DNA of 64,000 nt from Planctomycetaceae bacterium (GCA_041398905.1 JAWKTV010000001.1:582621-646620), one strand, 5' to 3'. Counted from the stretch's first letter, positions 48,894-59,398 are shown. The notes: a model not told the origin generated them from the letters alone. A program made the numbers and translations.

Positions 48894-49600
48894 ACTGCCA
48901 GGAATTTGAAACACGACTCGAAGCCGCGATCGAAAACCGTGACGACGAGGCTCTCGTATTGCTCGCGCGTCATGCAGCGGTCTGTAGTTCGGCTGGCTGC
49001 CGCACGCTCTGGGCCGACCACTTGCGCCTCGAACAGGCGATCGTCGCGTGGAAATGCCCGCCCGTACCGGCTGAACTGAGCGATCGGGTACTCGCCGAGC
49101 TGCGCAGACCGCTCCTGGCTGCCGGTGCTCTCACCGCGTGCGAAGTTGCTCTGGTCGAGCGTCCCGGTGATCGGCCGATCAACTGGCGACGCCGAGCGAT
49201 CGTAGCGTCGATCGCGACCGCCGGTGCGATGCTGTTGATGTTGTCGCTGTCTGGTCGCAACGACGAAACCTCGCTCGTTCGCGGTGAGCGAATGACCGAT
49301 GGTGACGGGTCAGCGTTGGCTGGTACGGACGATCCGGTTGATGGCGGCGAGGCGGACTCGGCCGCTCGGGAGGCGGATGCACTCCGCGAAGTCGGCGTGC
49401 ACTACGTCGTTCTTGCCCGCAAGACCACTGGCTTCGCTTCCGATTTGGCGATGCTGGTGGTCCCGGAATCTGAGCCAACCGCCACCGAAGCCGACGACCC
49501 CGAGCCCGGCTGGATCGACTCCATCGGGGAGCGGATCGAGCCGGTCAAGAGCGGCGTTTCCGGCAAGCTCGGCGAATGGTTCGGCCACCCCGCCACCTGA
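48890..49600 (+). CDS. putative anti-sigma factor (zinc-finger-like N-terminus, single TM)
   Basis: Its start overlaps the sigma stop (ATGA at 48890-48893). The N-terminus is MNCQEFETRLEAAIE...HAAVCSSAGC (H-x3-C-x4-C, close to the ZAS motif). A TM segment RRRAIVASIATAGAMLLMLSL and an acidic tail follow. Confidence 0.7.
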   Translation: MNCQEFETRLEAAIENRDDEALVLLARHAAVCSSAGCRTLWADHLRLEQAIVAWKCPPVPAELSDRVLAELRRPLLAAGALTACEVALVERPGDRPINWRRRAIVASIATAGAMLLMLSLSGRNDETSLVRGERMTDGDGSALAGTDDPVDGGEADSAAREADALREVGVHYVVLARKTTGFASDLAMLVVPESEPTATEADDPEPGWIDSIGERIEPVKSGVSGKLGEWFGHPAT

Positions 49601-49631
49601 CCGCGCATCCCGACCACAGCGGCCATTCGCA

Positions 49632-52571
49632 CTATCGCGGCACATCGTACGCCCCGTGGCCCTCCACGATCAGCACCGAGGCACCGGCAGCAATGTTCGA
49701 CAGCACGCTCTGTTGGCCGCCGCGCCAGTCGACCTCAAGGCTCACTTGCTCCGCCTGCCCGATGCCGACGACGAGGTCCATCGAGTTGGTTGCCGCGTAA
49801 CCCCCGCCGCCGATCACCTGATGCGTGGACAAGCTGGTCGGAGCAACCACTCGCACGATGGTTCCGATCGCATCGCGGTCGCGCGCACCCACGAATCGCA
49901 AGGTGATCGATCGTTGCTCCGGGATCGCTTGATTCTCCAGCAGCACCGCCGGCTCACGCAGTCGGCTGATGAACAGGTCATCTCGACCGTCGCGATTCCA
50001 GTCTCCGCGGGCGACGGCGCGCCCGATCCACTGCGGCTTATCCGCAGTCAGCCATTCCTGCAGCGTCGCCTCGGTAAAGTCCCCTTGTCCGCCGTTGCGC
50101 AATAGCTGTGGCGGCATCGCGTAGCCCGCTCCTGTTTCGGTGAAGTCATCGATGTGGCCGTTCGCCTGGAACAGATCGAGGTCGCCATCAAGGTCCACGT
50201 CGAGGAACTGCGTGCCAAAGCCGAGCACGGGGCGGGATGCATTCCCGACGCCGCGCTGCTCAGCCTGATCCTCATATCCGCCCTCGGCGGTCGATGTGTA
50301 CAGATTGTTGCTCTCCTGCAGGAAATTGGTGACGCACAGGTCGAGCAGTCCGTCACCCGAGATGTCCCCGGCCGCGATTCCCATACCGGCCCGGGAGCGT
50401 CCATCGCGATCGAACGCGACACCCTTCAATACCGACACGTCCTGCAGCGACCAGACGCCGTCGACCGCCACGTGACTCATCAGCAACCGGTTGGCGGCCA
50501 TGTCGTTTGCGACGTACAGGTCGAGTCCCGCCGAGTCTCCTGCGAAACGAGCACCAATCACACCAAGTCCTCGACCATCCTCGGCATCGAGTTCGAACTC
50601 ACCGGACACATTCTTGAACCCGCCCGCCCCGTCGCTCACCCACAGTCGATCGGCCGCGCCGTCAAACACCATCGGGTTGCAGACCTGTGGATGCCCCGGA
50701 CGTCCGCACACCCGTTCGTACAGGTCCGCGGCCTCAAGATAGTTCACGTCGAACAGGTCGGGGTGTGCGTCGCCGTTGATGTCGGCGATCAGGACACTGC
50801 TGGTCCATTGGTCACCGCCCGGCAATGTCGACGGTTCCGCGGAGAATGTCCCGTCCCCGTTGTTCCACCACAGGGCGTTGCCGCCAATGTTCGCCACGTA
50901 CATTTCGGGAAAGCCATCGCCGTCGAGATCACCCGCCGCGACCCCTTGGTCGTACGCGTCCTCGACGATACCCGCGGCGGACGAGACGGGCTGCCAGGCT
51001 CCTCCGCCAAGATTTCGGAACAGTGCGTCACTGGTGGCCTGCTTCCGATCGTGGGGTGTCGGGCCGTCATGACCCTGGGCCCACAGGCAATCCGTCCAGC
51101 CATCGCGGTCGAAGTCCAGCAATCCAACGCCGCCGCCGGTGAAGGTGTGCACTCGCTTATTCGTTCCGTCAACGTCGCCATTGCGAAAGTGGAACTTCAA
51201 CCCGGACTCCTTCGCGACATCAACGAGCCTCAGCCGGCTCTCGTCGCTCGATGGCGGCCCGAGCACCTCTGGCAAACGAACGCGGTTGAGCGGGCTCGCG
51301 AAATCCGGCAGCTTTGACTCGCGAAACGCATCTTCCAGACGGGTCAGCGTCTGCTCGAAGGGGGTGTCACTGTTCACACCATCGTTAGTGGTTGCGGGTG
51401 GTGCGTTTGTCGGACGAGTTGCTGAGCCACTCCAGCGAGCACTCAGCTCCCGCCACCTGGCCGCCTCGTTCGTCCGACCGAGTTGTTCCAGATCGGCGGA
51501 AAGCTCAAGCCAGACCGGCAGCGACTCCTTGACGGGTCGGCTTTGCAGCAGGTTGACGACCTCCAGCTTGCGGCGAACCTGTTCGAGCAATCGCCCGCGA
51601 TCCGCGAAGACTTGTGCCTCGTTCACGTAGCCGAGGCTTGGCAGCATCTTCGCAAGTCGCCCGATCGAGCGTGGATGGGACAGATCCAGCCGACAGCATG
51701 TCAGCAGACACCGCGCGGCGATGCGGTCTTCGCCGGCAAGCCTGGCCCGCTCGGCACGCACATACCACACACCAGCGTTCTGTTCACCCGCACCGCGCAA
51801 TCTTGTCTCGGTCTTCGCGAGCAACGCCTCGGGAAACTGGTCGATGCCGAGGCTGGTCAGCCGCGCATAAGCTTCGGCGGTCGCTGGCTCTTGGGCAAGG
51901 GAGTCCAGCAGTGCCTGTCGCGCCTGGGCGAGATTGCCCGCTTCGATCTCGCGCAGACCGCGCGCGAGCAGTACCAGCGGGTCATCACTCACTGGCAAGG
52001 GGCGGTTGCTGAAAGGCCTGCCAGGATCGCCGAGCAGGCACAGTAGTTCAACCGACAGTTGTCCGCGTTCGGCGAGCTGTTCGAGCAGCGGTCGAGCCTC
52101 CTGGCCCCGGCCGCACGACACCAATAGCTGCACCAGTTGATGTTGAAATCGATCGACCTCAAGTCCGCTGGCGATGCCATCTTGCAGCAGCCGTTCCGCG
52201 CGGGTCCACGCGCCAACTTCCAGGGCGATCTCAGTCCCCAGCTTCCGCGACTGGAAGAACTCCCCCGGCGCGGTCGGGGGAACTGCCTCCAGGTAGTCGA
52301 GTGCTGCGGCGGGGTCGTTGACAAGCTGGCAGGCCTGACCGGCGACCAGCAGCATCTGGGCATCGTCGGGCAGTTCCGCCAACACGTTCCGGGCCGCCTC
52401 CAGGGCGGATGCTGCATCGCCCGTCGCAAGATGCTGGGCCGCCTCCCCTCTCAGGCGGTCCAGCGCCGAAGACCGAACCCTGTCGCGCCAAACCAGGTAG
52501 CCGAGCAGTCCGCCGATCAACGCGATCGACAGCAACAGACCCGCTCTCCATCGCGTCGGCCCATGCGGCAT
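49632..52571 (-). CDS. TPR + FG-GAP/VCBS repeat + ASPIC/UnbV protein (CRTAC1 family)
   Basis: The ATG at 52571 (MPHGPTRWRAGLLLSIALIGGLLGYLVW, a TM anchor) is preferred over the TTG at 52646. A TPR-like N-half is followed by repeated D.D.DG...D motifs (DFDRDGWTD, DLDGDGFPE, DINGDAHPD, DISGDGLLD, DVDLDGDLD, DWNRDGRDD). The C-terminal UnbV-type end is ...GGGGYAATNSMDLVVGIG. Confidence 0.85.
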   Translation of the reverse strand: MPHGPTRWRAGLLLSIALIGGLLGYLVWRDRVRSSALDRLRGEAAQHLATGDAASALEAARNVLAELPDDAQMLLVAGQACQLVNDPAAALDYLEAVPPTAPGEFFQSRKLGTEIALEVGAWTRAERLLQDGIASGLEVDRFQHQLVQLLVSCGRGQEARPLLEQLAERGQLSVELLCLLGDPGRPFSNRPLPVSDDPLVLLARGLREIEAGNLAQARQALLDSLAQEPATAEAYARLTSLGIDQFPEALLAKTETRLRGAGEQNAGVWYVRAERARLAGEDRIAARCLLTCCRLDLSHPRSIGRLAKMLPSLGYVNEAQVFADRGRLLEQVRRKLEVVNLLQSRPVKESLPVWLELSADLEQLGRTNEAARWRELSARWSGSATRPTNAPPATTNDGVNSDTPFEQTLTRLEDAFRESKLPDFASPLNRVRLPEVLGPPSSDESRLRLVDVAKESGLKFHFRNGDVDGTNKRVHTFTGGGVGLLDFDRDGWTDCLWAQGHDGPTPHDRKQATSDALFRNLGGGAWQPVSSAAGIVEDAYDQGVAAGDLDGDGFPEMYVANIGGNALWWNNGDGTFSAEPSTLPGGDQWTSSVLIADINGDAHPDLFDVNYLEAADLYERVCGRPGHPQVCNPMVFDGAADRLWVSDGAGGFKNVSGEFELDAEDGRGLGVIGARFAGDSAGLDLYVANDMAANRLLMSHVAVDGVWSLQDVSVLKGVAFDRDGRSRAGMGIAAGDISGDGLLDLCVTNFLQESNNLYTSTAEGGYEDQAEQRGVGNASRPVLGFGTQFLDVDLDGDLDLFQANGHIDDFTETGAGYAMPPQLLRNGGQGDFTEATLQEWLTADKPQWIGRAVARGDWNRDGRDDLFISRLREPAVLLENQAIPEQRSITLRFVGARDRDAIGTIVRVVAPTSLSTHQVIGGGGYAATNSMDLVVGIGQAEQVSLEVDWRGGQQSVLSNIAAGASVLIVEGHGAYDVPR

Positions 52572-52746
52572 GGCAACGTCGAACCCCAGGCTGACTGTAC
52601 GGGCCAAGGCGACCGCAGGGCGGGTCGTCGACTGCACTTCAGTCAACGAGCAGCATCAGCGGTCTTCATCCGCGAGCGGAGCATTCATATCGTCGGCTGA
52701 TGAGTCGCTCGCCAGGTTCCCGATGATCATGGCCCCGACAGAAGTG

Positions 52747-53079
52747 CTACTCGAGCAGCTTTAGCAGCTCGGTCGCCTTCTTTTTGACGACCGAAGGGTT
52801 GCCGGCTGAATTGATCATCTCTTCCAGCCCCTTCACAAGCTGGTCCTTGTTGGGGCTGTCGACCTTGGCGAAGGTCTCCTTCATCAGCTCGGCACCACTG
52901 TCGAGTTCGCCACTGCTCTTGACGCCGTTGAGCCAGGCCTTGGCTTCATCGGCCGGCGTCGTCGTGACCATCTCTTGTTCGGAGTACTGCTGCTCGCCGC
53001 TCCCACAGCCAGCTAAGCCGATCGCGGAGATGCCCAGCAGACCGGCGCAAAGAACGTGATACAGACGAGGACGATGCAT
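52747..53079 (-). CDS. small helical lipoprotein
   Basis: The ATG at 53079 gives MHRPRLYHVLCAGLLGISAIGLAGCG (lipobox LAGC). The product is 110 aa, K/E-rich. It lies directly downstream of the DUF1559 gene. Confidence 0.65.
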   Translation of the reverse strand: MHRPRLYHVLCAGLLGISAIGLAGCGSGEQQYSEQEMVTTTPADEAKAWLNGVKSSGELDSGAELMKETFAKVDSPNKDQLVKGLEEMINSAGNPSVVKKKATELLKLLE

Positions 53080-53327
53080 GGTGCGATTCCAGGGGAGGCG
53101 GTCGGCCATCCGAGTTGATGAGTTGCGGGAAGAACCACGGTTCCGCTCAGGTACCTCCGCGCGGAGGCCTGCGAAACGCGATGAAGTGTGTACCACACAA
53201 GCAAGGCAACCAGCGAGCCGGGAGACTCCCGGCTCGCTGGTGAGAAGTTGGAAGGCGACAGTCCCAGCACTGTCGACGGTTGTTGCCGTCCGCACTGGCC
53301 GACGGCCGATACAAGTCAACGTGTCAC

Positions 53328-54338
53328 TTAGAAGTTCCCGACCGGTTGACCATCCGCGCGGGCACCGGCCCGTTGCCAGGTCAGCGTATCGACGTTCTCG
53401 CTCACAAACCGGGTCTTGGCGTCTCCCATCGTGACGACCGAGCCGCCCGGATGCCGGCTGCGGGTCGGGAAGATGCCGCTGCGATCCGAACAGAGACCGA
53501 AGTCGCCGCCGAAAGCACAGGTCCGGTGCTGCCAGTTCGGAGGGGCGGCGTTGTTGAAGACCGATTGACCGGGGTAAGGACCGGCCCAGTCACGACCGCA
53601 CTGACTCAGCGATGCGATCTTCTGAGGATTCTGGGCATCGCAGTTCGCACCGACGGTCTGCAATTCCGCCTGAGTCGGGAACTCCGCGTTGGCGAATGAA
53701 CCAACCGGGTTCGAGTTGTCGACCACAATATCGGAGTCCGACGTCTTGGTTTGCGCGTTGTCGCCGGACAGATGCTCACCAATCATGACAACGTTTGAGG
53801 TGCCGTCGAGGATATCGGCGAATCGCACGTCGCCGAGACGGTTGAAGCAACCGTTCCCCCCCACCGAGACGCTGTTGTCATACACCCGCACGGTCGACCC
53901 GCCGCAGCCAGCGTAGTTGCAGCCCAGCTCGGCACCAGCGTACTCGATATCCGAGGGGCACTTGAAGACCTGAATCGGCGTCTGACGGATGACGTTGTTG
54001 TTCGCTTCGTGGTACGACAGGTTGAAGTTCCACTGATCGTACAGCGGCTTTTGCTCGATGAACGGCAGCAATTGCACCCAGTGGCTGCTGGCGTGCCACG
54101 AGTTCGGGTGCATGTTCCGGTACTGGAACTTCGGCAGCGTCTTGAACGTCACTTCGTAATCGTGCAGCCCAATCACCAGGTTGTGCTGGTGATCCTCGCA
54201 CTGGCTCTTCCGGGCCGCTTCCCGCACCTGCTGCACCGCCGGCAACAACAGGGCGACCAGGATTGCGATAATCGCAATCACCACCAACAACTCAATCAGT
54301 GTGAACCCGCGCCACCGTCGTCGCGACAACTTCTCCAT
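53328..54338 (-). CDS. DUF1559 domain protein with prepilin-type N-terminal cleavage/methylation motif
   Basis: RRWRGFTLIELLVVIAIIAILVALLLPAVQQVREAARKSQC is the hallmark planctomycetal DUF1559 N-terminus. The C-terminal SRHPGG and the ...W. tail are also typical. Confidence 0.93.
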   Translation of the reverse strand: MEKLSRRRWRGFTLIELLVVIAIIAILVALLLPAVQQVREAARKSQCEDHQHNLVIGLHDYEVTFKTLPKFQYRNMHPNSWHASSHWVQLLPFIEQKPLYDQWNFNLSYHEANNNVIRQTPIQVFKCPSDIEYAGAELGCNYAGCGGSTVRVYDNSVSVGGNGCFNRLGDVRFADILDGTSNVVMIGEHLSGDNAQTKTSDSDIVVDNSNPVGSFANAEFPTQAELQTVGANCDAQNPQKIASLSQCGRDWAGPYPGQSVFNNAAPPNWQHRTCAFGGDFGLCSDRSGIFPTRSRHPGGSVVTMGDAKTRFVSENVDTLTWQRAGARADGQPVGNF

Positions 54339-54599
54339 GTCCCTGCTCCTCCAAGTGAGAAAATCTGATGAACCGGGTCGAAAAAGACGCCGTAGAACTC
54401 ATAACGGAGAATACCACGACATTACCGCACGATCAACATGTCAATCGTCTAAAGCGGCTCAGACGAATGCGCTCTGCAGTTGCGCGCGTGACGATTGCAA
54501 TGACAACGCGGCCGCCTGAGAGTGCCATGCGAACGTCGAACCAGGAGTCGCCTCACTCGGACAACGCACTCCGGACGTTCCAAGGTCCGTCCGTGCCGC

Positions 54600-55670
54600 C
54601 TACTCTTCTTCTTCCTCGCTGTCAGCCGGGCCTTGCAGCTCGTCGTTGAGGACGTCGATCATCTGGCGCAGGCGACCAAAGTGGTGGCGGTCGAAATGGA
54701 GCGCCAGCCGAGGCAGGTCATTGAGGTGATCGTCATCCGCCTCGAACGGATGCGTCTCAGCGCGCCGGATGCGACCGCGACTGAGCAGGTCGGCGAACTC
54801 GAGGTTCAGGCGTTCGAGGAGCTGGTCGCTCACGTCATGGTGCAGGCGAATATACAGTTCGTCCCGCACGTACCGCATGCTGTTGTACACGTGGTAGAAC
54901 TTCATGATTTCGTCCACCGCCTTCCGTACGCTGGTCGTCACCTTGAACAGCGAGAGGTCTTCGGGGGAGATGAGTTTGTCCTTGAGCAGCCGGCTGCGGA
55001 TGAAGTCGAGCCACTCGGTGTAGTAGCCACCACCGGGCGGGTCGACGCAGACGATCGGCATCAAATCCCGCTTGCCGGTCTGAATGAGCGTGAGTGTTTC
55101 AAACAGCTCATCCTGCGTGCCGAAGCCGCCGGGAAACATCGCGACGGCATGCACCTCTTTGACGAACAGCAGCTTGCGGGTGAAGAAGTACCGGAGATTG
55201 ACCAGTTTCTCGTCGTCGTTGATGACGTAGTTGGCGTCCTGCTCGAACGGAAGCATGATGTTGAGGCCCATTGACATGGCGCGGCCCGCGCCGACGTGGG
55301 CGGCTTCCATGATCCCCCCGCCAGCACCGGTGACGACGTACCATCCGGCCTTCGCAAGAATGCGACCGAACTCCACCGCCTGCTCGTAGCTGGGGTTGTC
55401 CGGCTTCGTCCGCGCCGAGCCAAACACCGTCACCTTCCGCTGCCGACGGTACGGTGTGAACACCTTAAAGGCGTACCGCAATTCCTTGAGCGCGCGGGAG
55501 ACGAGCTTGAGATCGCCGCTGGTCGCCTTGTCGCGCGCGAACTTGTCGGCCGTCTCCTTGATGTCCTCGACGAGCCGTGCGGTCCCTGTTGGATCAGGGG
55601 CGTGCTCTGTGGGAAGGGGATGTTCTTCGGAGACGTTCGGGAGGGCCCGACGCTTGAGCTTCCGTGCCAT
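54600..55670 (-). CDS. LOG family (TIGR00730-type) nucleotide phosphoribohydrolase with about 110-aa C-terminal extension
   Basis: [23 protein letters not shown] and the [12 protein letters not shown] motif are present. Extra C-terminal helices and an acidic tail ending SEEEEE follow. Confidence 0.85.
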   Translation of the reverse strand: MARKLKRRALPNVSEEHPLPTEHAPDPTGTARLVEDIKETADKFARDKATSGDLKLVSRALKELRYAFKVFTPYRRQRKVTVFGSARTKPDNPSYEQAVEFGRILAKAGWYVVTGAGGGIMEAAHVGAGRAMSMGLNIMLPFEQDANYVINDDEKLVNLRYFFTRKLLFVKEVHAVAMFPGGFGTQDELFETLTLIQTGKRDLMPIVCVDPPGGGYYTEWLDFIRSRLLKDKLISPEDLSLFKVTTSVRKAVDEIMKFYHVYNSMRYVRDELYIRLHHDVSDQLLERLNLEFADLLSRGRIRRAETHPFEADDDHLNDLPRLALHFDRHHFGRLRQMIDVLNDELQGPADSEEEEE

Positions 55671-55794
55671 GTTTAAGAGTGCTTAGAGAGAATTGAGAAC
55701 GTGGGAGTGCGCCCGCCGAACAGCGTGACGGCAAAGATGATCCTCGATACCGCAGCGGACAGGCAACCTGCTCCAGCGGTCCACACCAGACCGG

Positions 55795-56154
55795 TCAGGC
55801 ACCGATCGCCTCCAGCGCCTGGTCGCGAGTGTCGTAGATTGCCCACAAAGTGTCGAGACCGGTCAGCCGGAGCAGCTCTTTGGCGTTTGCACCAACGTTC
55901 GCAAGCACCAGTTCGCCGCCCGCGTACTTCAGCAGCTTATGGCACCTGAGCAGCATCGCCATGAAGACGGACCCGAAGTACTGCAAGTCCCCCAGATCAA
56001 ACACCACCAGCGGGACTTCGCGATCTCGCACCTGTCCGAACACAAGATCGGCCGCCTGCTCAACGCCGGTCCACTCCAGCGACTCCGCCGAGCCGGAAGG
56101 AGCCACCACGATCGCATCGCCATGCCACTCCAACAGAAAGTCGTTCCGCTGCAT
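55795..56154 (-). CDS. STAS domain protein (anti-sigma-factor antagonist type)
   Basis: MQRNDFLLEWHGDAIVVAPSG...PLVVFDLGDLQYFGSVFMAMLLRCHKLLKYAGGELVLANVGANAKELLRLTGLDTLW follows the SpoIIAA-like pattern. Confidence 0.85.
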   Translation of the reverse strand: MQRNDFLLEWHGDAIVVAPSGSAESLEWTGVEQAADLVFGQVRDREVPLVVFDLGDLQYFGSVFMAMLLRCHKLLKYAGGELVLANVGANAKELLRLTGLDTLWAIYDTRDQALEAIGA

Positions 56155-56283
56155 CAGAGTCGTTCCTGTTGGTCCGTCATGCGCTCGTCCCCACGCCACT
56201 GCCCCGCCAGCCGGCGAGCATACGCCGACCCACAGGTCGCTCCCCGCATCTTCATCCGCCCGCCCGCGTCACATCGTCATCGA

Positions 56284-57636
56284 TCACTCGGCTGGGGGGC
56301 CACCATCGGCCGCCTCGGGAGTCGCCGTCCCCTTGTGCGTCGGTGCCTCGAACTTGCTTTCCGGGGTCAGCTTGCGGCTCTTGGGAGTATGATCGGCCAG
56401 CCAGACGCTCAACGCGTTCAGCTTCTCCTGCGAAACCAGCGGTGGCTTCTGTGGGTTCCCGGTGAACCCATTGATGATCGGCAGTTGGGCATCAAAGGCC
56501 AGTTTGATCGCCGCGCCAAATGCACTCAATCCCGGCCGCGCTGCCTGGTAACTCAGACCAAAGTTGCGAGTCTGATCGGCTTTCGAGCGGCCTTCGTAAG
56601 CGAAATACAAGTGGAACGCACAGCGACGCCAAAGCGGCCAGCGCTGTTCGGGCTGCAGGTTCGCGTCCTTCAACTCGGCGTTGTACGCGGTGGCCAGATC
56701 GTAGGTGAGCCACACGGTCTCGTAGTTCAACAGGTCCAGATTCGTCGTCGCCTCATAGGGCAAACGGCCCAGTGACTCCGCCGCCAGGGCACGGCTGTAG
56801 AAGTCCTCCTTGGGATCGGTCAGCACCGCCAGCAGCGTGTCGGCGAAGATCGGGTCACGGGTGGAATTGTACACACGGTCGCAGTGGCCAAGTGCCTGCA
56901 CCATGCTCCACATGCACCACTGGTAGCCAACCGGATCGGGACCGTTGGCAGCATCCCGCACGCTCCGCAACCGCGTGACTTCTTGCGCCAGTGCGTTCGC
57001 GATAGCGACCCGTTCCAGCACCGGCAGGTCACGTCCGGTCGCGAGCCGCAGGATCCGCGCCAGCCCATCAGCCGCCCAGACCTTCACGTCAAGGTGCTTG
57101 TCGTCGACGGCCAGCGCCTTCAGCAAAGCATCCTTGGAACCCACAAAGGGAACGTCGGGGTTCCAGGAAACATTCAGTTGATTCAGCAACACCGCCCCGG
57201 CAACCTTCACTCCGCCGTCCGCATGATCGAGCAACTGGCTGGCTCGAAAAACGCACTGTTCCAGCGCGTACAACCGTGCAGCCTCGGATGTACTCCGATT
57301 CCGCAGGTCATCGGTCAGCTTCTTCATATTCCGCCCACGCTCGCCGGGCAACGTCACCAGCAGGTAGACCTGATAGTGAACGCTGTCGGCGATCAACTGC
57401 TTCGCTACTCGGTCCGGCTGATTCGACTTCAGCGCCTCGCGATGCGGACTCTGAATCTTGGTCTTGAAGTCGTCGTCGCTCGGCGGTGGCGGCTCGGTGA
57501 TCGAACTGGGCGGGTCGACCGCCTGCGCGAAACCAGCGGTCGACAAGGCGAGCAACATCAGCAGCGCGGCGCACAGGCCCCACAATGGAAGCTGGCCATT
57601 GCGGGACAAGACCGATCCTGGCGAGACATGTGCCAT
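56284..57636 (-). CDS. secreted hypothetical protein (helical-repeat-like)
   Basis: The ATG at 57636 gives MAHVSPGSVLSRNGQLPLWGLCAALLMLLALSTAGFAQA. The 601-aa ORF-track version adds a non-protein-like N-extension. No family is recognised. Confidence 0.7.
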   Translation of the reverse strand: MAHVSPGSVLSRNGQLPLWGLCAALLMLLALSTAGFAQAVDPPSSITEPPPPSDDDFKTKIQSPHREALKSNQPDRVAKQLIADSVHYQVYLLVTLPGERGRNMKKLTDDLRNRSTSEAARLYALEQCVFRASQLLDHADGGVKVAGAVLLNQLNVSWNPDVPFVGSKDALLKALAVDDKHLDVKVWAADGLARILRLATGRDLPVLERVAIANALAQEVTRLRSVRDAANGPDPVGYQWCMWSMVQALGHCDRVYNSTRDPIFADTLLAVLTDPKEDFYSRALAAESLGRLPYEATTNLDLLNYETVWLTYDLATAYNAELKDANLQPEQRWPLWRRCAFHLYFAYEGRSKADQTRNFGLSYQAARPGLSAFGAAIKLAFDAQLPIINGFTGNPQKPPLVSQEKLNALSVWLADHTPKSRKLTPESKFEAPTHKGTATPEAADGGPPAE

Positions 57637-58180
57637 CGCGTTGTGCTCGAAGCTCGAAGGTGAATACCGAAACAGTGTCTGCGGCCAACCCGCTCCCCTG
57701 CGGGAACACGTGGAACCATGGACAGCCGCTGCTGTTAGAACAGGTCGGCCGACCGGAATCATGGTCGACCATGCACCTGTTGAACAAGCACCGCCATTGG
57801 AGTGTAACCGATGATCTGTCCGGAGGGACCAGAGACCCGCTCGAACCGTTGAACATCCTGGCTGCGAACGGAAGGAAGTGCGTACCAAAAGTACCACCTC
57901 GGAAATTGGCATGTCAAGAATCCACGCCGCCAACTCGCCCGAACCCGCAATCGTCAAAGTTCCCCGCGTGCTCCGCGAGTGTTCCATCGCTTCTGCCTTC
58001 GGAGGTCCGGCGTGCCCGGAGGTTCGGCGTGTGCGGTCCGCACGGTCCTGCCGAGGATGCCGGTCGCGCGGCCTCCGGTTTGGTGACATCGCACCGAGTC
58101 CAAGTCGCGCCAGCGGATACGTGTACTAGCCTTGCCAGTGAACCGCGATGGTGAGAACGGTGCGGAGGGGTACACAGACC

Positions 58181-59398
58181 ATGCCGACGATTCATGTCAA
58201 CTCGCCCGCCAACCTTCTGGGGCCAGGTGGTTCGCGGAGTTTGCGCGCCACGCTGCGGCAACTGTCCACGGCACTCGAGGCCGACTCGGAAGCCGCCTGG
58301 CGGGACCTGGAGCGGCGGAGCCTGCTGGCCAACCCCTTTACATCTTCAGCGTTCGTCAGCTCCAGCCTGTTCGCCTGCCCGCCACGGGAATCGCCGCTGC
58401 TGTTGACTGTCGAGGACCACGCCGGGCGATGGCTGGCGGCAGGAGTTTTCTCGACCAGCAACGGCAACCGCTCACTGCCACTGCCGCACCTGTCGGCCCT
58501 CCCGTTCGATCATGTCTTCAAGACCAGCCTGCTGATCGATGCGGTTCACGCGCCGACCGTTGTCGAATCGTTGCTTGAACTGCTGCGACGGGAAGGCTGG
58601 CATGGGCTGCAGTTCCCGAAGTTTCCGATCGGCAGTCCGCTCTCGCTGCTGCTGACGTCCGCCTGTGACGCTGCCGGGCTGTCGACTGTGATTGACGACG
58701 CGCATCAGCGTGCCATGGTGGACGCCCGCGAATCGGACACGGGCACCGGCATCTCGAACGCGCGCGCAAAGAGCATGCGCCGCGGGAGACGCTACCTGGA
58801 GGCGCGAGGGAACGTCGCGTTCCGATGGCGCGGCTGCCGCAACAACGACCTCTCCGCCGCCGAGCAGTTCCTCACGCTCGAAGCGATGGGCTGGAAAGGG
58901 GCCGCCCGAACCGCACTCGCGAGCCAGGGCGAATCGGCAAACTTCTTCCGTCGGCTTGTGACTACGCTGGGGGAGCAAGATCGCATCTTCTTTGCCGAGT
59001 GCCTGCTTGATCAACAGGTGATCGCCAGTGCCTGTCTGTTTCGATCGGAAGCGGACTACTACGTGTTCAAGCTCGGCTGGAATCCCGTCTATGAACGTGC
59101 GGGACCGGGCTATCTGCTGGCGGCGGAGATTCGTCAGCGAGCGCGGGAGCTGCCGGGCTGTCGCAGGATCGACGGTTGTGCCCGCCCCGGGAGCTTTCTC
59201 GAACATGTCTGGAGCGATCGAAAGTTGATCGGCGACGCACTGTTCACCACCACGAAGTGGGGGGCCGCGGCGGCTCAGGGGACGCAGTGGGCCCGATCGA
59301 TCATGCGGCTCGTTCGCGGCGGTGGCGGGGTGCCTGCCGCAGATCTGATGTCACTGGTCGAGCCGGAAGCCGAGTTGGAAGTGCGGGAGGACGCATGA
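58181..59398 (+). CDS. GNAT-fold acetyltransferase, CelD/BcsL (Acetyltransf_6, FemAB-like) type
   Basis: The ATG at 58181 starts MPTIHVNSP.... The C-terminal block KSMRRGRRYLEARGNVAFRW...AEQFLTLEAMGWKG...FFAECLLDQQVIASACLFRSEADYYVFKLGWNPVYERAGPGYLL matches the CelD-like pattern (recognised from memory). Confidence 0.72.
   Translation: MPTIHVNSPANLLGPGGSRSLRATLRQLSTALEADSEAAWRDLERRSLLANPFTSSAFVSSSLFACPPRESPLLLTVEDHAGRWLAAGVFSTSNGNRSLPLPHLSALPFDHVFKTSLLIDAVHAPTVVESLLELLRREGWHGLQFPKFPIGSPLSLLLTSACDAAGLSTVIDDAHQRAMVDARESDTGTGISNARAKSMRRGRRYLEARGNVAFRWRGCRNNDLSAAEQFLTLEAMGWKGAARTALASQGESANFFRRLVTTLGEQDRIFFAECLLDQQVIASACLFRSEADYYVFKLGWNPVYERAGPGYLLAAEIRQRARELPGCRRIDGCARPGSFLEHVWSDRKLIGDALFTTTKWGAAAAQGTQWARSIMRLVRGGGGVPAADLMSLVEPEAELEVREDA

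Noticed and set aside
57637-58089. N-terminal 151 aa of the 601-aa ORF, and likewise 62910..63155 of the SDR ORF, 15754..., 17065..17130, and 8336..8788 of the 583-aa ORF.
   Set aside because: These upstream extensions lack protein-like composition. Internal starts give proper signal peptides or Rossmann N-termini, several with SD-like sequences.
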